From: Geosiphon pyriformis uo1
Lineage: Eukaryota; Fungi; Glomeromycota
NCBI GenBank assembly: GCA_016748015.1
Contig: JAAOMT010000770.1
Span: 40,231-104,230, forward strand
Length of the DNA: 64,000 bases
Reading direction: 5' to 3'
Below the pieces are notes generated by a model. The model was not told where the DNA came from, ran no database searches, and saw nothing but the letters and a program-made list of their open reading frames with translations. The position numbers and the translations under genes were made by a program. Each line of letters begins with the position of its first letter. Positions within the stretch are counted from its first letter, which is position 1. This document shows, piece after piece, positions 26,930-38,205 of the stretch.

Positions 26930-27957
26930 TTTATATTATGAGGAAATACAAATTATTATTATTTTGTTTTGAAGTTTTAATCTAATGCCCTTTATTATCT
27001 GGTTTTTAGGAAATTCTGAAAATTAAAAAATTACAAGGATTAAAAGCATAACATGAAATTCTTTGTGAAAAAAAAAAAAACTGATAATTTCTTGTTAAAA
27101 TGATTCAAGTTAGGGAATATATACGCGCGAAAAAGATTGAAAATTCCTTTTTTGCTTTGTTACACTGTTGATCAACATACGGCGTATAAATAGATAAAAA
27201 AATTTATTTATACATTTACTAATATAAAGAAACGTGGCTGAGAAAGCTGTTCAACGATATGATTAAAAAAAAAAAAACATTTCCAATTAAATATTAGGTT
27301 TGAAAAACTGAGACAGTTTTCTTTAATCTGACCCCTAGCACCTGAAAAACATCATGAAGTCAAAATCTTTAAAGAGCACAAGGGATGGAAGACAGGTAAC
27401 TTGAAAATTTATTCTTAACAAAATTTTTTTTTAGATTTGGTCAACGTCATGAAATAATGAAAATCTGTTTATCTGTTTCCCCCAGCTGTTAATTAAGTCG
27501 GATAAATTAGAATCCTTGCCAAGATTTTACCTCATTCATCACCATTGATACAACTCATTCATTTTTATTTAAACTAAAATCTAATTAAAATTTCTCATAT
27601 CTCGTTCGCAAATTAAAAAGTTACTTTCATAACTTCAACCACATCGAATTTCAAAAAAAATTGAAATTTGAAGTTATGATTGTTTGTCTTATTATAAACC
27701 AAAAAAAATTATGACTGTTTCGCAAGATATTTCCCCGAATAGCAATTTCACGTCATCTTCATTTCATAATTTTAAATAATATAGTTTGAGTAATAATTGC
27801 GGATAAACTATGACTAATTCTAATACATGTGCGCCTACATGTACATGTACATTAATTAAAGTGCATTTCGTTTTCCCACTTGCAGTTTTAATAAAATATT
27901 AATATAAAGGACCTTTTTGAAAGAATATGGTTTGAATTTTTGAATACTATCATAACC

Positions 27958-29504
27958 ATGCCTTCACTTTTAAATTCACTAGTAATAGCATTTTTATCAT
28001 TTTCATCAATAGACCTTGTCTCAAGTCAAGCTCCGGGCACAAGATTTTCCCATTGTCTATTTACATATAATGACACATTATACATGTTTGGAGGAACAGT
28101 CGACTGGGGTGCCCAAGCAGCTACAAATTATTTTCATTCAGCGCAACTACCATTTAGTACTTTATCAACGCCATGGAAACCAGAAAATATAAACAATGCC
28201 GTTCCGCTACAGGATCCAGCATGTGTAGTTGAACCTTCTTTGGGATATGCTTTGGTTATTGGGGGTGGCAATGAATTAAAACTTCAAAATCCGGGGATTC
28301 AGATTTATAATTTCAAAACAAAGGAGTGGAATGAATCTGAATTAAAAAACACTTATTTTCCAACCTTTCCATCAGAATTAACAAAGTCTATATATCGACC
28401 CGCAGCTGTCCTTTTAGCACCAAAGTTAGTTTTTATGTATTTGGGCGGTTTCTCAGAAACTGATAGAGTACCAGGAAGTTACTTATTGGATCTTGGACAT
28501 ACTCCTTGGAAATGGACTGCTATCAGCCGCAATGTATTGTAAAAAAATTTTTGTAAAAATTGAAATTAATTATCATAGTTAACTTGGTGAACTTTTTATA
28601 GAGTACTCAGATAATTATGACTAGCCCCGGTCTAGCAAGCTCAAAAGGAAATGCCTTTATTTTTGGTGGTTTTTATCACCTGAATAATAGTTGGCCACCA
28701 TCAAATGATTCCTATATCTACAGTCAAATCTATGGATATCTACCTACTCCTTATACTATTCCAACCACTATCGCTGATGCTGTTGTTGGTGTTTTGAATG
28801 ATAAATTAATGGTTATTGTTTTGGAGACTGGGTCAAAAATTGAAAACCAACAAATGTTTGTGCTTCCTCTGGATTTAAGTACTATGAAATTGGGTATCCA
28901 AACAATTCCTACGGGTGTCCCTGCAAATACAAATAATACACTAATGAGAAATCGTGCTGGTTATGTTCAGCTCCCTGGGTCTGACACTATTGTGGTGAGC
29001 GATTTTTGAATTTTCATAATCATATGTCATTGTTTCTTTTGATTGCTATATTTATATTTAAATTTATAATTTAAATTCTAAAATCAGATATATGGAGGGG
29101 TTACTTCATGGCCAATGGGCAAAACATCAAGTAGTATGATAGCTTACAATATGACAACGGGAGCATGGACTACGAATGTAAATATTGTGAAAAATATTCC
29201 CTCAGATCAATACCAATTAGCAAAAGTAAACGGCTTGGATCTTGAAAATGGCTCAATATCCGGAACTACTAAATCATATGATGACCCAAAATCTTCGAAC
29301 TTATCAAAAGACCCAACCGACACAAAAAAAAAGGATAATCTTCCAACTAGTACTATAATAGGAATCTTGATTGGGGTGATCGGAGGATTGGGCCTATTGG
29401 GAGGTATATCTGCCTATATTTTCTTTTCATTAAAAAAGAAAAGATTACCAGCTGAAAAAATGGAGTCTATGCATGTGAACAATGAGGTATTTACTGGTCT
29501 ATAA
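27958..29504 (+). CDS. Type I membrane protein with extracellular Kelch/galactose-oxidase-like beta-propeller (about 461 aa)
   Basis: Exons 27958-28533, 28602-28994 and 29088-29504. Signal peptide MPSLLNSLVIAFLSFSSIDLVSS; repeated Kelch GG motifs (LYMFGG, LVIGGG, MYLGG, FIFGG, IYGG) each with downstream Y/W; S/T/D stalk; TM IIGILIGVIGGLGLLGGISAYIFF followed by KKKR. The 3' end may splice further at 29487. Confidence 0.82.
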
Positions 29505-30483
29505 TTGTAAAAGATTTATAAGTGAATATAAGCAAGTAATAATTTTATATCAGAGGGTGTTTTATGGCGACGTTAGTCACATAAATATATGGTACCTTTT
29601 TTTGAGATGAACTTCTCGATTATTTAGATTTCGTGAGTAGTTTCTAATTTTTCGCATAATAATTTGGGCATCAATTCAAGGTTAAATAGTGAAGTTTATC
29701 GGAAAGAACAATTACATATTTCATTTCTCATCATTTGGCAGGTGTCGCTTTTCATTTCCTTCAATGTCTCAATGTTAGATTGTAGTTTTTATCTCCCAAG
29801 CTATTTTGCCACAAATTTTTTATTTAACTCCAGCCTAATTCACAACGCTTATGGTTTATATGTATTTTTTGTAAAAATATTTATACATTCTTTGTCCTTT
29901 AAAAAATAAATGAACATGAGTAAAAACTATGACAAGTTTTTCTTCCTTTAGGAAGGCTTTCTTAGTAATGTCGTAATTTTAATTTGTTATTTAATGTTCA
30001 AAATGAAAATTTTGAATTGTCGTATTTTTTTGTGATATTCTTGATATATAATGGTTAATATCTAATTTGAAATGTTTTTTACGTTAGAATTATTGATTTG
30101 AATTTTAAAGTTGATAAATAAACCAGGCCAAAAAATGAATAATTATGTTGATATTAATAATAAATAATTAAATTATTATTATTATTATTATATTATTTTA
30201 TGTTTTTTAATAAATTAAAATTACTTTGAAAGTTACTTTCTAATTTATCCTTGAAAAACAACCATTAAAAAAATTTTATTGAAATTAAATTTTTTTGTGA
30301 CGAAGTTAATAATTTGTGATAAAGAGTATAAAAAATATTATACTTTCACACGTCTTTATTTTTGCACCCGAATTTATATTGCTAACTTTGCCACAATACT
30401 GTGATTCGTCAAAATATCTCCTTTTATCTTACACTAACAAGTTTTTGAATAAATTTTATTTCCAGTATTTTTTATTTATATTT

Positions 30484-30522
30484 ATTATTATTATTATCAT
30501 TATTATTATTATTATTATTATT
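30484..30522. repeat. (ATT)13 microsatellite (one unit is ATC)
   Basis: Read directly; it explains the poly-Ile ORF at 30316-30576. Confidence 0.9.
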
Positions 30523-30749
30523 ATAAAACTTTTTATTGAAATTATTTTGCTTTTTGTTAATATAATAGATTTTTAAATCTTTCAACAAAATAGAAATTAA
30601 AATTTATATTTTATTAAGCACCTTTTTTAATTAAAAATTTATATTATTATTTCTGATTTTATAAATCTTCCAATATTTTAATAATTATTTTTAAAATATA
30701 TTTTTAAAAATTTACATTTTCAATTTTTTTAATTCTTTTCACAACTTTA

Positions 30750-32320
30750 AAGATGTAGAAAAATTTTGATTTTATAATCACACCAGAACAAAAAGTAAAA
30801 AAGAAGCAATTATTATTTTTTCTATAGTAAATAATAATGTCACAACCTAAAAGGTTCTTTCAGTTGTAAAAACAGTTAAATAAACACATTTTTTCTCAAT
30901 ATTTCTGGTGTAATACAGTTTTTAGCTGTTCTAAAAGCACTCTTTTTGTTTTTGATTAAAAATTTTTCTCTAGTCAAAGTTTTATTAAAAACAATACACC
31001 AAAACTAGTCTTATTATTATTATTACCATTATTATAAAAAGCCCCAAAATTTTTAACAACAAATTTCTTTAAAATACGAGAAAATAGTATTTTTACTGTT
31101 TTGAAGCCTTTTTTTTTGTAAAATAAACTTTATTTTCCAATATTTCATTACTAATTACAGTGTTTACTTCTGTTTTGGCTATAAACAATGATTCTTTTTT
31201 GGCTTTGAACAATAACAATAACAATATGTTTGCTAAATTAGACTTGGATTAACATTTGGCTGTATTGTCTAATACAGACAATTCTAATTAATTATAAAAG
31301 TCAAAGAGTGGTATATTAACACACATTATTATTAAAATTTAGTTTGCTAAATTTTTTATTATTTATTAATTACAAAGTTATACGAAGTATTTGTTTTTGT
31401 TTTTGGTGTTGTTGTTTTTTAAAATATTTATTAAACATTATTTAATAATATTAAATGTGATTAATAAAGTATTTGCTATTAAATTCAGGTTTGATAACTT
31501 GTAATAATATGCTGTTATTTATTTAAGTCTTTAACTTTGCTAAAACTGTTTTTATTTGTTGGTTATTTCTAATAAAAACAGAATTCAAATTTTTCTTTTT
31601 TTAAATTAAAAAGCTAATTAATTTTTTTTGGTTATACAATCTTTAAAATAAGTAATATAATTATTTAAATATATAATCAAATATATTTTATTTTCTGGTT
31701 ATTTAAAATAATTGATATTAATTAAATGTTATTATTATTTTTAAATTCAAATTTTTTTTTAATACTGTTATTATTAAAACTGATACATTAAAGAAAGCTA
31801 TATTTTTAAATATTGATAAATCACAAGTATTAAAGTTTAAATCACTTGGTTCTTGGTTGTAAAATCACTTTTTTGGTTTATTTTAGTCTGTCTTAAGCTT
31901 TTTGTTATATTTAAAATTTTGCTTTATATCTAAAGTTACTGTTTTATTGTTTTTTTTTAATATGTTTAATAAAAAATTTGGATTCTTATTAAATTTTTTA
32001 AAAAACTAATTATTTTACTTAATATACTTAATAAAATTAGTAATTTTTTAAATAATAAAAAGATAAATGTCAGAACTAATTTTATTGTAAGTAAAAAAAA
32101 CATTTGGTAATTTGGTAATTTTGTGGACTTTGCAGGCCTTTAAGATTAAAACCAGTAAAAAATCGATTAAGAGTTTATTCAAAATAGTATTTATTAGAAT
32201 TGTTGTATAAACAAAATAGATACACTAGATCTGTTTTTAAAGTGTAATCTAAAATAGTCTTAATGTATAACAATTGGATTTTACAAAAATAGCTGGTAGT
32301 TAGACTGGACTTCGAAAAAA
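30750..32320 (-). mobile_element. Hypermutated retroelement relic, possibly LINE ORF1 (tentative)
   Basis: CpG-poor block. Minus-strand fragments VNIPLFDF..RQYSQMLIQV, KRVLLEQL and EKMCLFN loosely follow the order of the ORF1-like motifs seen at 57960-58120. Confidence 0.3.
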
Positions 32321-33768
32321 ATGAAAAATTTTAATTATTAAAAATTACATATTTTTTGTTCTTTTCAAAATATATATATTCTTCTTTATCATTGAAAGTT
32401 TATAAGGAAAATTTTCTAAACTGCTTTAAATGCAAGCTTTTAAGAATATCTTGAAAATTCAAAAAATATTTCTGGTATGACACATCTGATGATGCAATTG
32501 ATTTTGTAGTTTCTTTTTCCTATTAATTATATTATTATTTTATTAATAAAATGCCAAGAGGTTCATTCATTTATAAATTCTAAATATACAAAAGTTTGAT
32601 AATAATTAATTAAACGTATCTTTGAAATTTAATCACTCATTAATTTCTCAATTAATAAGATTAATCATACTTGATCCATAATTTAGCATTAATATGGGGC
32701 AATTGAAAATCTTTTTATTTTCGAATTATTTTAGACTCAATCGATTTCAGTTTTAAGGGAAATATGAAAATTTCTTAGCAAAAAAGATTGCCTAAATTGT
32801 TCATTTCAAAAGTGGTGAAAATTTTCAAATCCATCTTTGGCACTTGTTACTTAATTTTGCAAAATTAAAACTTATATAGTTTATAATTTAATAATTTTGG
32901 AATATATAATATTAAGTTTAAACAAAATCATCTAACTAAAGTAATAATTTTTCAAAATATTTTGCCATTTTGTTATAATTTATGATTATTAAAAATAGGG
33001 GCAAATGGATTCCTTATTAATACTTTTAAGTTTTCAAATATGTATTTTATAGATGATTTTGTGCAGTAGTTGTGAAATTGCAAAATTTATAATTTTTTTC
33101 ATATTAAATATTTATTTATTATCTGTTTCATTTCTATCTTGATGAAACCCACTTAGCGAGAGGAGAGAGTACATTGTGAATTTTTACTTAACTAAACACT
33201 ATTTTAAATTTTATTTAATGGCAAAGCACATAATCTAATACAATAATACTTTGTGTGCCCGCTGTCATTAAAAATACAAGTCTCAATTTGGCGAGGCATT
33301 GATCAAACTAAATTATGATAAAACTTGTGTGAAATTCCTTCAAAATTTTTTTTTTGGTATATTGACTTCAAGAATATAAAAATTTATCCAATTAGTTTAA
33401 GTTTAATTCTTTCAATTAATGACTGTTATTGCAAACAGAAAAATTATCACAGCAACTTAACATTAACATTATTAATAAACCTAAACCAAAAAATATAAAT
33501 AAATATTTATTTAAAATATTTAAATCAAAAATCAATAAAAAACAATTATGTATACTCAACGGAAATTAAATTATAAATTGTATTTTGCTATATGAATACT
33601 CTTTTTGATTTCTATACTACAAAAGATAGTAGTAACTTTGCTAAAAGAACTATATCAAAAACAGGCCATTTAAAACAATTTTTTTGACAGAATTACAGAG
33701 GTTTAAGGTAAAAATTTAATGATAAATACTTTTTTTTAGCCAATTAAAGTTTTTGCTTTAGAATATAT

Positions 33769-33808
33769 AAGGCGTGTTGCAACAAAACCAGACAAAGTTA
33801 ATATTTGA
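33769..33808 (+). repeat. Left TIR
   Basis: AAGGCGTGTTGCAACAAAACCAGACAAAGTTAATATTTGA. Confidence 0.9.
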
Positions 33809-36800
33809 TGCTATGCAGTAGTATTTAATTTTCTTAGCTAAAAAGACCTGCGAACATTTACAACATTTTTATAGTCAAACATTCTTATTGTGAGTGTTAG
33901 CAGGGGGTTTTAATATTTTGCTAATACTTTTCTTGAGAATAATCTATTTCTGATAATTCTATCTGCCAAAAGATATGTTTGACTCTCTTACTTATTAGCA
34001 CTGTATTAAAGAAAATATTTCTGTAAGTATATTTAATAATTTACATCTATTTGCTTAATTTATTCTGTTTATTTTACTTATATTCACTTTTTAGTTATTT
34101 ATCTAATTACAAGAGACTTTTCACTAAAGATAACTAATTGCTAACAAATAAATTAAATTATGTTTAATATTAATTTTGTCACAAAATAACTTCAAATATT
34201 GCCTGTTTTTTATTCATTCTACTCCTATTTTCTCATTTTTAGTTATCAAACAGTCTATTTTAACCAACATCTCCACATTTTTAAATGTTTTTGGATTAAA
34301 ACTATGGAACTTATTATTAAAACTAATGTTTTTTGCTATAAGTATTTGTAAAATTTAAAAAAAAAGTTAAAAAATTACATCAAAAGATATTTTTACTTTG
34401 CAATTATATAGATAAGATTTATTTTATAAAAATCTATTTTTTAATACCAATAATCTTAAAGAACTGTTAATAGAGTAATTAAATTATTAAAAAAAGATTC
34501 TTTATATTATATGAATTCAATAAAGCACAAAAAACACCAGAAATTTGGGTTATTATTAAGAGTTTTTAGTTGTTAATAGTTATAAGTGCACAAATATTTA
34601 ACAAATTAATATGAATATATTAACTTATAACTCGGCTAATAAAAAATGGTTATTATTATTATTTGTAAATTAAGTCTTGTTTATAAATACATAATCTATT
34701 TGTTATTATTTACTTATTTAATTGTTTTTTTTTAAATAATAGTATTTTTCAAGAAAGTTATTGTCAATAAAAGCCAAAATACTTTCTGAATATTTTTAAA
34801 TAATGCTTTTTAATTTAATTAAAATAAAATCAAAAATTTTAAATTTTAAAGTGATTTTTTATTGCATTTATCTAATTGCTTAAAAAAAGCACAAAATTAA
34901 TTTTTTATGAACAAATTTAATAAATTTTACGAAACAACCAACAAAATTGGTAATTAATAGCTAAAAACTTTTTAAATAATTAGAAATATAAATTCTTATT
35001 ATATATATTTTCGGTATTATTGTTTACAAACATTTATTTTTTACAAATTTAAGATTTTTTAACATTATTAAGTTTTTGAGAAAATTATATTTTAATAAAC
35101 AGCAGATATAATGTTTTTTTGATAAATATACACAGAACAAAAAATTATAATAAATTATAATATTGTTGTTAATATATATTTAAAATTAAATAAATATGTT
35201 TTATAGCTTAATTAATATTATGCTTTGTTATTTGCTTTTTAATAAAACATTTAACATAATTTGTCTTTTTAAATATGTTATTACCAAGAATTTTCAAGAA
35301 AAAACCAATAAAACAAAGAATTATTTTATAAAATCAAACAAAACTTCTCTATTAATCAGCAAAAAAAAATTCATAATTGTTGTATCTTTAAAAAAATAGT
35401 TTATTACTTTTTAATAAACAAATTACAAATACTATTAATCTTTTTTAATAATATATATATTAAAATAAAAAAATAAAAACAAGCTAATTTTTTAAAAACA
35501 AAATAAATAGCAGTTTTTATTGTATGGTCTTGGCTTTTATAAACTTATTTATTAAAAACCACATTATTTTTCAAAAGTATTTAAATGTTTTTTTAAAATA
35601 TTGTGGTAAATCCTTGAATATTTTAAAGATATTAAAAGAATAATATCTGGTTACTTATACAAAATATCTAAAATATTTATAAATAGTTTTTATAAAATAC
35701 AAGTTTTTTGAAAGAGTGTATATAATATAAAATGGTTAAAAATATTGATAAACTGAAAATTTGATATTTGTTTTAAAGCTTATACTTATTAAAGACTTCA
35801 ACTTTTTTAATATAATATTTAAATTTAAAAACTTTACTTTGCTAAAAGTTTTAAATTATTTACTTTGCATATAAAAATAAATATTTTAGCTATTTTTATT
35901 GGCAGTTTAATGATCAATTAAACAAAAATATTAGTATGATGTATTTTTAACATAATATTACTTTTATAACTGTATAAATAACTGTATTAAAAATAAAAAT
36001 AACAATATTTAACAAATTAATTATTAATTATTGTCTAAGATATACAATTTTTTTTGGCCAATTAATTTTATAATTGCTTTTATTTATATTAATCTAAGAT
36101 ATTTTGATGTTTTAAATAATATTACTGTTAGTAACTACTAATTGAAAATTAAAAGTAATAGAAGATACAAGCAATTTGGCAAATTTGAATGTTATTTTTT
36201 GTTTTAATTAGTCGTAATTTCAGTTTAAGTTTTTTAGTTGTATTGAAAATCTATAAATCAAGAAAAAACTATTTTTTTTAAACTTTCTTATTTATATATT
36301 GGGATATAACGAGTTTATAATAATTTACAATAATATTATAAATTGTATAACAGTATTCATAGCTAAATACAAACATCTTTTATAAAACAGCAATAATAAT
36401 TAACAGTAATAGCTGTCTGAATTAATGCTTACATTAAGTTTATTATAAACCACAGAAATTACAGTATTATTAAAAGCATTTTGAAAAAACATAAGATAAA
36501 AAAATTTGTTTCTTATATTTTTAAAATATCTGTATGAAGGCTCTAAAAAATATTTAAATATAGAAAAATTATTTATAAAATTTATTAGGAAAAAAAATCA
36601 TTAAACAAGCATTAAAAATTCTAACCAAGAATTAAGAAAAAAACATTAGAAAAGTAACAAGATAAGTAAAGTATTTTTAATATATTATTCCAAAAAATTG
36701 TATATAAAATATTACATTGTTATAATAATTGAATACAAAAAAACAACCGAGTTTTTAAAAGTAGATTGTAATTTTAGTTATTTTTTAAAACTTTTCAAGT

Positions 36801-37538
36801 TCATTTTAAAAAGATCAAATTATTTGTTAAATAATTGTTTTTATGATAACTTTATAATATACTTAAATAAAAAACCAATATAAATATAATTTTTGTAATA
36901 AACAATTTTTTGTTAAATTATATCAAGATTTATGGCTTATTCAACTTGTTAAGAAATGTTAATTAAGTTATTTAAATAATTATTTTTTTACTAGTAGAAA
37001 AAAGTTTCAAGTCTGTTTATTGTGATTTTTTGGCTGAAAAAAAAAGGTTTTTTGTGTACTTTATTAATTAATTTTGCAAATCCAAATCAAACTAATTTAC
37101 ATAATAATCGTGAAGATTTGCAAAATAACTTTTAATTCAAAGGTTGTAAAGAAAAAAAGCCAAAAATTCATATAATTAAGCCCAAAATATTTATTTATTT
37201 TATTTAGATTAACAAATCAGCAAGTATATTAATATTAAGCATTTTAGAAATTTAATTCAAGAAACTGTTTAGCATGAAAAAGTTTTAAATTTTTTTATTT
37301 GTTTGTATTGCTTAATTAAACAAATATTCCAACAAAAAGAGAAGTAGCTAAAAATTGTTTCTGGCTGAAATAAATTTTATTTTATCCTATTACTATTTAC
37401 AAGTTTGCTTCTTTTAATATATTCTTTTAACAATTTTTTGAAAATTTTAAAATGAAAAGAAAAAGTAAAAAAACCTTATGAAAAATTTACTAAACTATTT
37501 GAAAAAAAAAATGCTAATTATCTTATAATAGAATACTG

Positions 37539-37578
37539 TCAAATGTTTACTTTGCCTGGTTTTGTTGCAACATGCCTC
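37539..37578 (-). repeat. Right TIR
   Basis: Reverse complement reads GAGGCATGTTGCAACAAAACCAGGCAAAGTAAACATTTGA. Confidence 0.9.
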
Positions 37579-38205
37579 ATATTATAAGATCCAGAAAAGT
37601 TTTGTGTATTCAATACATTAGATGCTGGGAAATAGCAGCACAAAATGCATAATGATTTGTGTTTGGCAAGTTTATTTGCGAAATTCTTTTGTGGTGGTCT
37701 TTTTATAGAATTGATTTTAGTTATTCACCTTCAGACTTTGTCCTCTATATAAAATCTTACAAAATTCTTGAGAACGCATGATTAGTAGAAAGTCATTGGC
37801 TAGCTGTGGGGTTCTGAGTAGCTTAATAAGTGTGAAGACTAAATAGAGAACAGCTTAATTAAGATGAGATTTGGAGCTTAGCATAAAAAGTATATAATTC
37901 CAAAATGGCTTGAAAGACTTATATTAAAATGGCTTTCCATTATATTTTGTTTAAAAAAATAGAAAATTTGATATATTTGCTATTCAAAAAGAGAAATCTT
38001 AAATCACAATCATTTTTTAGGTCTTATAAATCAACTCCTTATAAAATATCATCTAAAGTTTCAACTACTGCTCTTAGAGATCACTACGGAATCAATCAGA
38101 TGATATATCATTTTAGCAAATGATAAATAGAGCTGTGAATGACTTATTTAAAAAAACCATTTCTTAGTAATTTCGGAAATTCACGCTCTTTTCCCTTGCT
38201 AATTG

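Larger units (their letters stand above)
33769..37578. mobile_element. 3.8-kb TIR DNA transposon relic, possibly PIF/Harbinger/ISL2EU-like
   Basis: 40-bp terminal inverted repeats at 33769-33808 and 37539-37578 match at 35/40 positions. ATAT flanks both sides (33765-33768, 37579-37582). The interior is extremely AT-rich with faint DDE_Tnp_4-like traces on + near 35370-35900 (HNCCIF, LYG, SGY, NYLLCI). Confidence 0.75.

Noticed and set aside
27958-29504. Kelch protein as a Gpb1/Gpb2 (Krh) G-beta mimic ortholog
   Set aside because: The signal peptide and C-terminal TM helix place the propeller outside the cell, whereas Gpb1/2 are cytosolic.
30316-30576. 86-aa poly-Ile ORF
   Set aside because: Produced by the (ATT)n microsatellite; non-ATG start and no coding signal.
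34176-36883. Short K/I/N/F-rich ORFs at 34176, 35196 and 36698
   Set aside because: Chance frames inside the hypermutated TIR element.
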